Positions 19,185-29,792 of a stretch of DNA of 52,388 nt are shown piece after piece. Under the pieces are notes generated by a model, which made no database searches, was not told the origin of the DNA, and was given only the letters and a program-made list of their open reading frames with translations. This stretch comes from Bacteroidia bacterium (GTDB lineage: Bacteria > Bacteroidota > Bacteroidia > Bacteroidales > SM23-62): the NCBI GenBank assembly GCA_041480755.1, contig JBGPAO010000001.1:1-52388 (forward strand). Direction: 5' to 3'. Position 1 is the stretch's first letter; every line of letters begins with the position of its first letter. The translations under genes and the position numbers were made by a program.

Positions 19185-20819
19185 ATGACCAAATCAGACA
19201 TTCGTAAAGATATTGGGCAATATGGTATTACTGATGTCAGGAAGATTTATCATAATCTTTCTTATGAGGAACTGTTCAGGCATGAAACAGATTCTTCACT
19301 GAAAGGTTTTGAGAGGGGTTTTGTTACTGAATCGGGTGCTGTGGCTGTCGATACCGGAATTTTTACGGGTCGATCACCTAAAGACAAGTACATCGTAAGT
19401 GAGGAGACATCGGAAAAATATATCTGGTGGAAAAATGAACAGAGGAAGGCCTCAGATAATAAACCTATTTCAGAGAAAGTCTGGAATGATTTAAAGAATC
19501 TGTCGGCCAGGCAATTGTCAGGTAAAAAGATCTATATTCAGGACGGATTTGCCGGCGCGAATGAAAACAATAGAATCAATATAAGGTTTATCACAGAAGT
19601 GGCATGGCAGGCCCATTTTATCAAAAACATGTTCATCCGGCCAACTGACGGGGAACTTAAACGTTTTAAGCCGGATTTTGTGATTTTAAATGCAGCAAAA
19701 ACCAAAGATTCAAACTGGAAAGAGCATGGACTGAACAGCGAAGTTTTTGTGGCTTTTAACCTGAAAGAGAGGATGGCCTGTATAGGAGGTACATGGTATG
19801 GCGGTGAGATGAAAAAAGGGATATTCTCGGTCATGAACTATTTTTTGCCGCTTAAGGGAATAGCTTCCATGCATTGCTCTGCAAATGTAGGTAACGACGG
19901 AAAAACAGCGATTTTTTTCGGATTGTCAGGGACAGGCAAGACTACATTGTCTGCTGATCCTAACCGTGCACTGGTAGGAGATGATGAGCATGGATGGGAT
20001 GATGACGGCATATTCAATTTTGAAGGTGGATGTTATGCGAAGTGCATAAACCTTAATCCTGCAAAAGAACCTGATATATTCAACGCTATCCGCAGGGATG
20101 CATTGCTTGAGAACCTGGTTTTTGATCCCGAAACAGGTAAAATAGATTATTGCGATGGTTCCAAAACAGAAAATACCCGCGTCTCTTATCCTATTTATCA
20201 TATCGACAATATTATTAAGCCCGTTTCCAAAAGCAGTCACGCGAAAAATGTAATTTTTCTGACAGCTGATGCTTTCGGGATATTGCCTCCGGTGTCAAAG
20301 CTGACCGCGGATCAGACCCGGTATCACTTCATTAGCGGTTATACTGCAAAAGTTGCCGGTACTGAGAGAGGGATTTGTGAACCACTGCCTTCATTCTCAG
20401 CATGTTTCGGAGCGGCTTTCCTGATGCTTGATCCGATTATTTATGCCAATGAACTCAAAGTTAAGATGGAGAAATACCATGCAGAGGGATGGCTTGTGAA
20501 TACTGGATGGGTAGGGGGTGCATATGGCAAAGGCGGTTACCGGATAGACCTTCCTGATACTAGGAAAATTATTGATGCCATACTTGGTGGCCAGCTGGAT
20601 AGCGTCGAATATGAACTGGTCCCCATATTTAACCTGAGGATCCCAAAAAGTGTTCCGGGAATAAACAATAACATACTGAATCCAAGAAACATCTGGAAAA
20701 ATCCTGAGGAATGGGATGAGGCTGCAAGAGCACTGGCTGTTAAATTCATTAAGAACTTCGAAAGTTTTGCTGATACTGAGGAAACAAGGAAGCTGCTGGC
20801 TTCAGGCCCCTGTGTATGA
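19185..20819 (+). CDS. pckA: Phosphoenolpyruvate carboxykinase (ATP)
   Basis: 544-aa ORF with '[10 protein letters not shown]', the kinase-1a motif '[13 protein letters not shown]' and 'LVGDDEHGW...[12 protein letters not shown]'. Confidence 0.97.
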   Translation: MTKSDIRKDIGQYGITDVRKIYHNLSYEELFRHETDSSLKGFERGFVTESGAVAVDTGIFTGRSPKDKYIVSEETSEKYIWWKNEQRKASDNKPISEKVWNDLKNLSARQLSGKKIYIQDGFAGANENNRINIRFITEVAWQAHFIKNMFIRPTDGELKRFKPDFVILNAAKTKDSNWKEHGLNSEVFVAFNLKERMACIGGTWYGGEMKKGIFSVMNYFLPLKGIASMHCSANVGNDGKTAIFFGLSGTGKTTLSADPNRALVGDDEHGWDDDGIFNFEGGCYAKCINLNPAKEPDIFNAIRRDALLENLVFDPETGKIDYCDGSKTENTRVSYPIYHIDNIIKPVSKSSHAKNVIFLTADAFGILPPVSKLTADQTRYHFISGYTAKVAGTERGICEPLPSFSACFGAAFLMLDPIIYANELKVKMEKYHAEGWLVNTGWVGGAYGKGGYRIDLPDTRKIIDAILGGQLDSVEYELVPIFNLRIPKSVPGINNNILNPRNIWKNPEEWDEAARALAVKFIKNFESFADTEETRKLLASGPCV

Positions 20820-20825
20820 ATTATC

Positions 20826-21605
20826 CTAGGTAAATTCCCGTTCCAGTATCCTGGTTAAATCCTTCAGATCAATATCCGAGTATATACTGCCGTGTTCCGC
20901 AAGACTGATTGAACCAGTTTCTTCCGAGACAATTATAACTATTGAATCTGTCTGTTCCGACATGCCCAGTCCGGCTTTATGCCGCAGACCAAAATTCGGG
21001 GGGAGATTTAGGTTTTCAGAAACCGGCAGGACACACCTTGCGGCAGCAATCCTGTCATTTATAATAATAACAGCACCATCGTGCAATGGGCTGTTTTTAC
21101 TAAAAATACTCTCAAGTAACCGACTGGAAGTATTTGCATCCACAATGTCACCTGTTTCTGCAAAAACTGATAATTCTGACTTTCTGCCCAAAACAATGAG
21201 AGCTCCCGTTTTGGATTTTGCCATGTTCATACTTGCCTTGATGATGGATTTTATTTTAATATTGGGCTGGCCTCCAAAAACAACAGGAAATACCTTTTCA
21301 AAGGTCAACCGGTTCCGGGTCAGATAACGGTTGCCTATGAAAATCAGGAACCTTCTGATCTCCTGCTGAAACACAACAATAAGCGCTATGACACCAACAC
21401 CAATAACCTGGCCAAGGATAGATCCCAGAAGCTGCATATTTAATGCTTTCACAATAATCCAGAGAAGGTATACCGAAAGGATACCGATAAAAATGTTCAT
21501 CGCAACAGTTCCCCGTATTAACAGGTACACCTGGAACATTATAAATGCCACCAGGAGTATATCAATTACATCCAGTATACGGATCTTTATGAAAAGTTCG
21601 GTCAT
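20826..21605 (-). CDS. cdaA: Diadenylate cyclase (c-di-AMP synthase), membrane-anchored
   Basis: 259-aa ORF with three N-terminal hydrophobic helices followed by a DAC domain carrying 'GALIV', 'LHDGAVII' and 'GLRHKAGLGMSE.TD...IVSEETG.ISL'. Confidence 0.9.
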   Translation of the reverse strand: MTELFIKIRILDVIDILLVAFIMFQVYLLIRGTVAMNIFIGILSVYLLWIIVKALNMQLLGSILGQVIGVGVIALIVVFQQEIRRFLIFIGNRYLTRNRLTFEKVFPVVFGGQPNIKIKSIIKASMNMAKSKTGALIVLGRKSELSVFAETGDIVDANTSSRLLESIFSKNSPLHDGAVIIINDRIAAARCVLPVSENLNLPPNFGLRHKAGLGMSEQTDSIVIIVSEETGSISLAEHGSIYSDIDLKDLTRILEREFT

Positions 21606-21623
21606 ATTGCAAATTTAGCAAAA

Positions 21624-22499
21624 TCAGCCTGAAATTCTCTGTATCTTCAATTTCTCCAGAAGAGTTACCGCCTGAACAGCTTCTTTCACATCATGCACCC
21701 TTATAATATCAGCACCATTTAATAATGCGACAGTATTCAGAACTGTCGTTCCGTTCAGGCTTACTGAAGAATCAACATTAAGTGTCCTGTATATCATTGA
21801 TTTCCTTGAAATGCCCACCATGACCGGCAATTCGAACATCCTGAAAGTGCCAAGCCGGTTCAGAAGGAAAAAATTCTGCTCGGTTGTTTTGGAAAATCCT
21901 AATCCCGGATCAATAATGATATCGATGATTCCCTTCGACTTTAATTTCTCCATCCTGGAGGAAAAATAATCGATCATCTCCGTCAGGATATCTTTATACT
22001 GGGTCTGGGTCTGCATAGTCAGGGGGGCGCCTTTCATATGCATAATAATGTAAGGTACATGTAAACATGCAATAGTCTCAAACATTTTTTTATCCATCTC
22101 ACCTCCTGAAATGTCATTGATGATATCCACTGAATAGTCCTTTACAACTAAACGGGCCACATTTGCCCGATAGGTATCCACAGAAATAACAGCTTCGGAA
22201 AAGCGATCACGCACAAGCTTAATTGCCGGGACTATCCTCATGATTTCTTCCTTTTCAGAAACAGGTTTGGATCCCGGACGTGTGGACATCCCACCTATAT
22301 CAATGATATCTGCTCCTTCATTAATCATACTGGTGATCTTTTCGAGTATCTTATCCTCAGTATCATATTTACCACCATCATAAAATGAATCCGGGGTAAC
22401 ATTCAGAATACCCATGATCTTAGGAACAGATAGGTCCAGCAGTTTACCGCCGCAGTTCAGGCTTCTTTTTTTTGAAAAAAATGTATCTTTAAAGAACAT
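21624..22499 (-). CDS. folP: Dihydropteroate synthase
   Basis: 291-aa ORF with 'IMGILNVTPDSFYDGG', 'GADIIDIGG.STRPG', 'ISVDT', 'INDISGG' and 'DPGLGF.KT'. Confidence 0.95.
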   Translation of the reverse strand: MFFKDTFFSKKRSLNCGGKLLDLSVPKIMGILNVTPDSFYDGGKYDTEDKILEKITSMINEGADIIDIGGMSTRPGSKPVSEKEEIMRIVPAIKLVRDRFSEAVISVDTYRANVARLVVKDYSVDIINDISGGEMDKKMFETIACLHVPYIIMHMKGAPLTMQTQTQYKDILTEMIDYFSSRMEKLKSKGIIDIIIDPGLGFSKTTEQNFFLLNRLGTFRMFELPVMVGISRKSMIYRTLNVDSSVSLNGTTVLNTVALLNGADIIRVHDVKEAVQAVTLLEKLKIQRISG

Positions 22500-22542
22500 T
22501 TAGTTTCAATTATTAATTTCAAAAATAATAAAATACCTGTAC

Positions 22543-23217
22543 ATGAAATTTATTGTTGTCGAAGGGCTTGACGGATCGGGTAAATCCACACAGATAGGAT
22601 TGTTACGGAAGTACCTTGATGATAAAAAAATAGGCTACAGGTATCTTCATTTTCCAAGATCAGATTCTCCCGTGTTCGGAAGTCTTATATCCATGTTCCT
22701 GAGAGGGGATCTGGGGAAACTTGGCGCTGTAAATCCATACCTGATCGCACTGATCTATGCAGGAGACAGGAATGATGCGAAAAATATAATTCATGGATGG
22801 CTGAGAGAAGGACATTATGTAATTGTCGACAGATACGTCAGTTCAAATATTGCATTTCAATGTGCCAAAATTCAGAAACCGGAAGATAAAGTGGAATTGA
22901 AAAAGTGGATACTGAACCTGGAATACGAATATTACAGGATACCCAGACCTGATATTGAACTTTTCCTGGATGTTCCGTTTAATTTCACTGAAAAAAAACT
23001 GAAAGATACGAGGAAGGGAGATGACAGAAGGTATCTCAACGGGCAGGCCGATATTCATGAACAAAACCTTGAATTTCAGAAAGAGGTCAGGAAAGTCTAC
23101 CTGGATCTGGCCGCAGAAGATCCGGGATTTTTCAGAATTGACTGCAGTGACAATAAAAAAGGGATCCTTGCTCCCGAAGATGTTTTCGGGAAGATATTGA
23201 AACAATTGGGTATTTAA
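22543..23217 (+). CDS. tmk: Thymidylate (dTMP) kinase family protein
   Basis: 224-aa ORF with the P-loop 'FIVVEGLDGSGKSTQ', a 'DRY..S..A.Q' motif and a LID-region basic cluster. Confidence 0.75.
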   Translation: MKFIVVEGLDGSGKSTQIGLLRKYLDDKKIGYRYLHFPRSDSPVFGSLISMFLRGDLGKLGAVNPYLIALIYAGDRNDAKNIIHGWLREGHYVIVDRYVSSNIAFQCAKIQKPEDKVELKKWILNLEYEYYRIPRPDIELFLDVPFNFTEKKLKDTRKGDDRRYLNGQADIHEQNLEFQKEVRKVYLDLAAEDPGFFRIDCSDNKKGILAPEDVFGKILKQLGI

Positions 23218-23219
23218 GG

Positions 23220-23227
23220 TAGTTTTG
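23220..23227 (+). promoter_or_regulatory. Candidate -7 promoter box TAGTTTTG upstream of the DoxX-like gene
   Basis: Exact TAnnTTTG match, 42 nt upstream of the ATG at 23269. Confidence 0.3.
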
Positions 23228-23268
23228 AAATTGAAACGCATTGTGTCATAAATGAGATATATGGACTA

Positions 23269-24498
23269 ATGAAAACTTTAATCAGTATCAGCCGGCTTAT
23301 TACCGGGGCAGTTTTTGTTTTTTCAGGTTTTGTAAAAGCGGTTGATCCGCTCGGATCGACTTATAAGTTCACAGATTATTTTGTTGCCTTTCATATTCAG
23401 TTCCTGGAGCCCATCGCTTTATCTCTGGCCGTGATACTGGCTTCAATTGAATTCCTGATCGGGATCTCAATGTTGATCGGGTACAGGTATAGAATTGCAT
23501 CATGGGGGCTTCTGATCTTTATGGTATTTTTCACAGTGCTTACTTTTATTCTTGCACTTACGAATCCCGTATCAGATTGCGGATGCTTCGGGGATGCCAT
23601 AATTTTAACCAACTGGCAAACATTTATTAAGAATCTGATTCTGCTTCCATTTGTTCTCCTGTTATTTATATTCAGGAAAAGGATCACTCCATCGTATCCG
23701 GCTGTCACAGAGTGGATTTGGCTCTCAGTTTTTGCCCTGTTGATAATTGCATTCCAGGTCAATGCGCTTCGCCATCTGCCCTTGCTGGATTTCAGACCTT
23801 ACAGTACAGGCACCAATATACCGGAAAAAATGGTCGTTCCTGAAGGAGTTCCAATTGATGAGTACAAAACATACCTTTATTATGAGAAAGACGGGCAAAC
23901 CAGGGAGTTTACAGAAGATAATTTTCCCTGGCAGGATTCAACATGGAAATTTATAGATAGCAGGCATATACTGGTTAAGAAAGGATATGAACCTCCGATT
24001 CATGATTTTATTGTTACTGATGAGAACGGATTTGATCAAACTGAATCATTACTTAAGGATCCTGGCTACAGCATGTTGCTGATTGCTTATGACCTTAAGG
24101 ATGCTGATGCTGATGGATTAAAAGTGGCAAATGAACTGGCATCTCTGTGTACAGATAATAATTGCTCATTCTACTGTCTCACAGCATCTTCCAGAAATGA
24201 AACCGAAGAAATAAAATCGGCGCTCAATCTGGATTTCAGTTTTTATACCACAGATGAAATAACTCTTAAAACAATAATAAGATCGAATCCCGGATTGGTT
24301 TTACTTAAGGAGGGAACCATCCTGTCCAAATGGCACTACAGGGATTATCCGGTTCTATTGACTGCCGGAACCAACTGGCTCGCATTCTCACTTGACCAGG
24401 CCAGGAGGGAAAATGAAAGAACAGTGATCCTTCTGAGTGCATTATTAGTGCTATTAATAGCAGCAATTATGAGGATTACTTATTCTGCGGACTTTTAA
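23269..24498 (+). CDS. DoxX-like / BT_3928-family integral membrane protein with a C-terminal thioredoxin-like soluble domain
   Basis: 409-aa ORF. The N-terminus 'RLITGAVFVFSGFVKAVDPLG..YKF.DYF' is followed by 4-5 hydrophobic helices containing 'SDCGCFGD', and there is a final C-terminal helix. It sits immediately upstream of tpiA, as in Bacteroides. Confidence 0.65.
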   Translation: MKTLISISRLITGAVFVFSGFVKAVDPLGSTYKFTDYFVAFHIQFLEPIALSLAVILASIEFLIGISMLIGYRYRIASWGLLIFMVFFTVLTFILALTNPVSDCGCFGDAIILTNWQTFIKNLILLPFVLLLFIFRKRITPSYPAVTEWIWLSVFALLIIAFQVNALRHLPLLDFRPYSTGTNIPEKMVVPEGVPIDEYKTYLYYEKDGQTREFTEDNFPWQDSTWKFIDSRHILVKKGYEPPIHDFIVTDENGFDQTESLLKDPGYSMLLIAYDLKDADADGLKVANELASLCTDNNCSFYCLTASSRNETEEIKSALNLDFSFYTTDEITLKTIIRSNPGLVLLKEGTILSKWHYRDYPVLLTAGTNWLAFSLDQARRENERTVILLSALLVLLIAAIMRITYSADF

Positions 24499-24527
24499 AC
24501 AGGAAATAATTTTAATAATTTATCATT

Positions 24528-25280
24528 ATGAGAAAAAAAATCGTAGCCGGAAACTGGAAAATGAATACCACTCTTGCCGAGGGAATTAAACTGGCAGAGG
24601 AGGTTGACAGCATGGTAGAAAAAAATCCGTCAAAAACAATTGTAATTGTGGCTCCTCCATTTATACACCTTGCTGAAGTCAGTAAGCTGCTGACAAAGGT
24701 TTTTTTGTCAGCGCAAAATTGTGCCTATGAATCCAGGGGAGCTTTTACCGGCGAAATATCAGTTGAAATGATTAAATCAACAGGAGCGAAGTATGTAATA
24801 ATAGGCCATTCTGAAAGACGAACTTATTTCCATGAAGATAACATGACGTTGTTAAAGAAGACAAAACTGGCTATCGATACAGATCTTATACCCATATTTT
24901 GCTGCGGTGAAAAGCTATCAGAAAGAGAGTCACGTGTTCATTTTGATACAGTGAAAAAACAATTGGATGAAACTGTTTTTACATTCGATAAAACTCAGTT
25001 CAGCAAACTGGTAATTGCATATGAGCCAGTCTGGGCAATCGGAACCGGAGTTAATGCAACGCCTGAACAGGCGCAGGAGATGCATAAGTTCATCCGCGAC
25101 CTGATTAAGAAAAAGTATGACACACAAACCGCTGAAGACACAACCATTTTGTACGGAGGAAGCTGCAAACCTTCAAATGCCTTGGATTTGTTTAAAAATC
25201 CTGATGTCGACGGCGGACTTATAGGGGGGGCGTCTCTGAATGCAAGTGATTTTATGGCTATTGTCCAATCTGTCCCATAA
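24528..25280 (+). CDS. tpiA: Triosephosphate isomerase
   Basis: 250-aa ORF with 'AGNWKMN', 'IIGHSERR', 'AYEPVWAIGTG' and 'ILYGGS...GGLIGGASL'. Confidence 0.97.
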   Translation: MRKKIVAGNWKMNTTLAEGIKLAEEVDSMVEKNPSKTIVIVAPPFIHLAEVSKLLTKVFLSAQNCAYESRGAFTGEISVEMIKSTGAKYVIIGHSERRTYFHEDNMTLLKKTKLAIDTDLIPIFCCGEKLSERESRVHFDTVKKQLDETVFTFDKTQFSKLVIAYEPVWAIGTGVNATPEQAQEMHKFIRDLIKKKYDTQTAEDTTILYGGSCKPSNALDLFKNPDVDGGLIGGASLNASDFMAIVQSVP

Positions 25281-25290
25281 AAAAAATACT

Positions 25291-27390
25291 ATGAAAAAAG
25301 GAATCTTGCTGGCAGCTTTAATTATACTCTCACTGCAGTATTTGTCCTCTCAGCAGATCTCATCCTTTTCTCCTGAACCGGAAAAGTACACCGATGAACT
25401 GACAGCGTTCATGGGATCGGTTTTGTCGGAAAGAGAAGAGATAATAATGGAAAACTATAGGGCAGCATGGGACAGTGGTTTGATATCTCCGGTTTCAAAA
25501 AATGAAATAATAATTTTGTCGAATAAGCTTTTAAGGAAGAATGCCCGTCCTAAGCCGCATTTTATGCTGTTTATAATGAATCAGGAGGCTTTTCTGAAAG
25601 GTTCTCTTGATGAAAGCAGCTATAATGCCTGGATGGAGGGACTTGATTTTCTTGCCGACTCAAGGAATAAGCAGGTTACCGATATTGAGACCTATCTGGA
25701 TATCACTAACAACCTGATCCGTAATAATATTATTTTTCAGTCTACCGGGACAAAATGGAAAGCTTCACAGCCTGATTTTTATTTTGAGTTTAAAGATTCT
25801 GTCAGAATCATTTTCGGACCGGTCACTTTAACCTGTATAGCGGTCCGTGACAGTATACAAATTTTTAACGCCAGAGGTATTTATACACCATATACCCAGA
25901 CATGGTATGGAAAAGGAGGCAGGGTTACCTGGGAAAGATCAGGCTATAGCAGTAATGAGGTTTACAGTGATCTTGCCAATTACCGGATAAATATGAGACT
26001 GTCAGATTATATTGCTGATTCCGTTAAATTTTACAACAAGGTTTACCTGAATTTCAGTATGCTTGGTAAGCTTGAGGATAAGGTCGAGCCAATCGGATCA
26101 CCTGATAAATCAAATTATCCGAGATTCGAATCTTATCAGACTAATTACAGGATTAATAACATCTATAAAAACGTAAATTTCCAGGGGGGATTGGATATGC
26201 TTGGCTCTAAACTGATTGGTTCCGGAACAAAAATTCAGAAAGCCAGGCTTCAGTTTTTTAAAGGCGATTCCCTTAAAATGGTCGCATTCTCAGAATATTT
26301 TGCATTTCAACCCGGGCGGCTTACAGGAGTAGGAGCCCAGGTAACAATTCCGATCGGGAAAGATTCAATTTTCCATCCATACCTTGGAATGAGCTATACA
26401 TCAAAAGACAATACTATTTCACTTAACAGGACAGAGGATTTTCAATCACAGTCACCATTTTATAATAATTATCATAAGGTTGAAATGAACTTTGATCAGT
26501 TGAGATGGAAGCTTGATGATAATTACATTCTGTTCAAAGGAAGGGAAGGAGCAGCTTCAAGCCTTGCTAATTTCCAGTCTGATAATTTGTTCGATGCAGG
26601 AGCATATGTTCATCTCCAGGGTATTGATGAAAGTAATCCTCTTGCACTATTGCGCAGATATTCAGAGGTTGCATTTTCTATTTCTTTCAGAGGTATCGAT
26701 TTTGCCAGGTTCATAAAAACACAGCATAACCAGGTTCAGCAGATGCTAAAACGGTTGTCCAATATGGGATTCTTAATCTATGATATTGAAGATGACATTG
26801 TTACGCTGCGTCAAAAACTTTATGACTGGGTTTATGCCAGTGTTGATTATATAGATTATGATGTGATTAACCTGGTTTCTGAAACCCAGTTACCTCTTGA
26901 GAATGGAAGGCTTGATCTCTCAACATATGATCTAACTATCAATGGCATACCGCTCATACGTCTGAGTAATGCACAGAATGTCGGGATTTATCCCCAGTAT
27001 TCAAAGATAATCCTTAAAAGAAACAGGAGTTTTCAGTTTGACGGTATCATCGACGCAGGCCTGTTTAACTTTCATGGTGAAAAATTCTTTTTTAACTATG
27101 ATAGTTTCCGGCTGGATTTGCAGGATATTGACAGCCTGAGTCTTAAGGTCAAGTCGGAAGATCTTGATTCATATGGCAGGGCTGCCTTGATGAATATAAC
27201 CAGTATTATAGAAGATATGACCGGAGAGCTGCTCATAGATAAGCCTGATAATAAATCAGGTCGGAAAGATTATCCTGAGTATCCAATCTTTACCAGCAGG
27301 GAAAACTCATTTGTCTATTATGATGACCCGGAAATTCAAAATGGTGTTTATAATAAGGACGATTTTTATTTTGTGATATACCCGTTTTAG
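25291..27390 (+). CDS. Large secreted hypothetical protein, N-terminal segment (ends at an in-frame TAG; see findings)
   Basis: The likely start is ATG at 25291, giving the signal peptide MKKGILLAALIILSLQYLSSQ. The track start at 25240 lies inside tpiA. This 699-codon ORF is terminated by TAG at 27388-27390. Confidence 0.7.
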   Translation: MKKGILLAALIILSLQYLSSQQISSFSPEPEKYTDELTAFMGSVLSEREEIIMENYRAAWDSGLISPVSKNEIIILSNKLLRKNARPKPHFMLFIMNQEAFLKGSLDESSYNAWMEGLDFLADSRNKQVTDIETYLDITNNLIRNNIIFQSTGTKWKASQPDFYFEFKDSVRIIFGPVTLTCIAVRDSIQIFNARGIYTPYTQTWYGKGGRVTWERSGYSSNEVYSDLANYRINMRLSDYIADSVKFYNKVYLNFSMLGKLEDKVEPIGSPDKSNYPRFESYQTNYRINNIYKNVNFQGGLDMLGSKLIGSGTKIQKARLQFFKGDSLKMVAFSEYFAFQPGRLTGVGAQVTIPIGKDSIFHPYLGMSYTSKDNTISLNRTEDFQSQSPFYNNYHKVEMNFDQLRWKLDDNYILFKGREGAASSLANFQSDNLFDAGAYVHLQGIDESNPLALLRRYSEVAFSISFRGIDFARFIKTQHNQVQQMLKRLSNMGFLIYDIEDDIVTLRQKLYDWVYASVDYIDYDVINLVSETQLPLENGRLDLSTYDLTINGIPLIRLSNAQNVGIYPQYSKIILKRNRSFQFDGIIDAGLFNFHGEKFFFNYDSFRLDLQDIDSLSLKVKSEDLDSYGRAALMNITSIIEDMTGELLIDKPDNKSGRKDYPEYPIFTSRENSFVYYDDPEIQNGVYNKDDFYFVIYPF

Positions 27391-27480
27391 TTTGACAGCC
27401 TTGATAATTTTTCCAAAACGGGATTAAAGCTTAACGGGCGCTTTGTATCAGCGAAGATTTTCCCGGATTTTGAACAGACT

Positions 27481-29775
27481 TTGCTTATCCAGGATGATAA
27501 ATCGCTGGGATTCAGGCATGTAACTGATACATCCGGGCTGGAATTGTATGGAGGTAAAGGCAGATATTTTGAGACCCTGAATATGAGTAATAAGGGACTT
27601 AAAGGCATAGGGAAATTTGAATATCTTACATCCCGGGGGAGTTCGCAGAGCCTGATGTTTCACCCCGATTCCATGTTTGGAACCTTAACCAATTTTGAGA
27701 TACAAAAACAGCTTGCGGGGATTCAATATCCTAAAGTAAACTCAACGAAGAATAATATTATTTTTTATCCTTACCTCGACCAGCTTTTGGTTTCAAAAGG
27801 CGCCGAACCGTTTACAATACTTAACGACAGCACATTTCTCGATGGGGAACTTATGCTTACGTCGACAGGACTTTCGGGTTCAGGGAAAATGGAATTGACT
27901 AATTCAATACTTGTTTCAGATAAATTCGATTATCAGTCCTATTCATTTAGTTCAGATACGGCGGATTTCAGGCTTAAATCACTGAATACAGACGGTTTTA
28001 CACTTGTAACTGATAATGTTAATGCCCATGTAGATTTTGAAAGCCGTTCAGGCCTTTTCCGGACCAACGAGGAATTCTCGCTGGTTGAATTCCCTGAAAA
28101 CAAATATATCAGTCGGTTGGACCTTTTTGTCTGGAATATGGATAAAACTGAACTGGAAATGAGGACCAGCTCGGGAAGTGAAGGACCTCCGGGAACTTAT
28201 CAGACACTTGATGGGGAAGAAGAACTGATTGGTCCACGGTATATTTCAGTCGATCGTGAGCAGGATTCATTGAGTTTCGTTTCACCCCGGGCGTTATATG
28301 ATTACAAAAAGAATATAATACGTGCGTCATATGTTACCTTTCTGAAGGTGGCTGACGTATATATCTATCCAAAAAATGGAGAAATTAATGTAAAACCCGA
28401 TGGATATATAGCAAAGCTGGAGGAAGCAAACATACTGGTTAACCGGCGATCAAAGCTGCATTCAATGTATGGCGCAACCGTAAATATCCTTGGTAAATTC
28501 AATTATAAAGGTACCGGGTATTATGATTACATTGATGAAACTGGTGAGAAGCAATCTATTTTCTTTGATGATATCCGGGTGGATGATTCCATCAATACGA
28601 TTGCTTCCGGATCGATCCCGGAAACCCAGAATTTCACCCTGAGTCCCTATTACGGATTTCAGGGAAAGGCAAAATTATTTGCTGAAAATCCTTTCCTGAC
28701 ATTTAACGGAGGTGCAAAACTTTTTCACGTATGTGAGAGTCTGTCAATAAATTATATCAAATTTGAAACTGAAATTAATCCGGCAGAAATTTATATACCC
28801 GTCCCCGCCCAGCCATTGGATATAAACATGAATTATCTGTATTCAGGGATTTTTATTACGGGGGATTCATCACATATTTATGCTGCATTTTTCAATCCAA
28901 GAAAACTGCCCTCTGACAAATTTATTATTACAGCTAATGGTTTCCTGTATTATGACAAGAAAAGTGAAGAATACAGGATCTCAAGTAAGGAAAAACTGGC
29001 TGACCCCAGGTTACCTGGCAACTGGCTCATTCTGAATCCCAATACATGTGTTGAATATGGTGAAGGGGATATTGATCTGGGAATCAGGTTAGGACAGACC
29101 GTCCTTTCTTCATTTGGAGATGTCAGAAATGAAATAAATACCGGGAACACCACTTTGGGTACTATGATCAGTATGGATTTTCTAATGTCTGATGAGGCAT
29201 TCCAGGTAATGTCACATGACATTGACAGCCTCCAGGGACTGGAAGCATTCAATCTGACAGATGAAAAATATAATAAAAGGATATCTGATATTATCGGGAA
29301 AGACCGGAATGAGATTCTTCAGGCAGAGCTCGGACTTTATGGAGTATACCAGAATATACCAAAAGAACTGGTGCATACAATTTTCTTTACAAAGGTGGAC
29401 TTCGTCTGGAACCAGGATACCAGGTCATACAGGTCAACCGGAAAAATAGGCATTGGAAGCATTAATGGGAAGCAAATACACAAAATGGTAGACGGATATA
29501 TGGAATTATCTAAACGAAGGAGCGGTGATTTATTTGATGTATACCTTCAACTTGACCGTGATCTGTGGTACTATTTTGGTTATACAAGGGGAGTAATGCA
29601 TGTACTTTCGTCCAACCGTAACTTTAATCTCATAGTCGGTGATCTTAAAACAAAGCAGAGGCAGTTAAAAACCAAGCGCAATGAAGAACCTTATATCTTT
29701 ATTGTGACAACGGGCCGTAAGAAAGAGATGTTCCTGAGAGGATTCCTGGAAGGGGATGTCGAGATTATTGAATAA
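27481..29775 (+). CDS. Large hypothetical protein, C-terminal segment (same frame as 25291-27390; the frame is open from 27391)
   Basis: 764-aa track ORF starting at TTG 27481. The same reading frame is already open from 27391, directly after the TAG. The first ATG is only 34 codons further in, and there is no signal peptide. This is consistent with a continuation of the upstream ORF. Confidence 0.6.
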   Translation: MLIQDDKSLGFRHVTDTSGLELYGGKGRYFETLNMSNKGLKGIGKFEYLTSRGSSQSLMFHPDSMFGTLTNFEIQKQLAGIQYPKVNSTKNNIIFYPYLDQLLVSKGAEPFTILNDSTFLDGELMLTSTGLSGSGKMELTNSILVSDKFDYQSYSFSSDTADFRLKSLNTDGFTLVTDNVNAHVDFESRSGLFRTNEEFSLVEFPENKYISRLDLFVWNMDKTELEMRTSSGSEGPPGTYQTLDGEEELIGPRYISVDREQDSLSFVSPRALYDYKKNIIRASYVTFLKVADVYIYPKNGEINVKPDGYIAKLEEANILVNRRSKLHSMYGATVNILGKFNYKGTGYYDYIDETGEKQSIFFDDIRVDDSINTIASGSIPETQNFTLSPYYGFQGKAKLFAENPFLTFNGGAKLFHVCESLSINYIKFETEINPAEIYIPVPAQPLDINMNYLYSGIFITGDSSHIYAAFFNPRKLPSDKFIITANGFLYYDKKSEEYRISSKEKLADPRLPGNWLILNPNTCVEYGEGDIDLGIRLGQTVLSSFGDVRNEINTGNTTLGTMISMDFLMSDEAFQVMSHDIDSLQGLEAFNLTDEKYNKRISDIIGKDRNEILQAELGLYGVYQNIPKELVHTIFFTKVDFVWNQDTRSYRSTGKIGIGSINGKQIHKMVDGYMELSKRRSGDLFDVYLQLDRDLWYYFGYTRGVMHVLSSNRNFNLIVGDLKTKQRQLKTKRNEEPYIFIVTTGRKKEMFLRGFLEGDVEIIE

Positions 29776-29792
29776 TTTATTGAATACAAGAC

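Noticed and set aside
27388-27390. The in-frame TAG as evidence for genome-wide amber reassignment (for example Pyl or an alternative genetic code)
   Set aside because: TAG is used as the ordinary terminator of several well-conserved genes here: serA at 7207-7209, aroD at 44615-44617, tyrA at 46454-46456, the ECF sigma gene at 30842-30844 and the TPR gene at 10920-10922. Each protein ends at the expected length.
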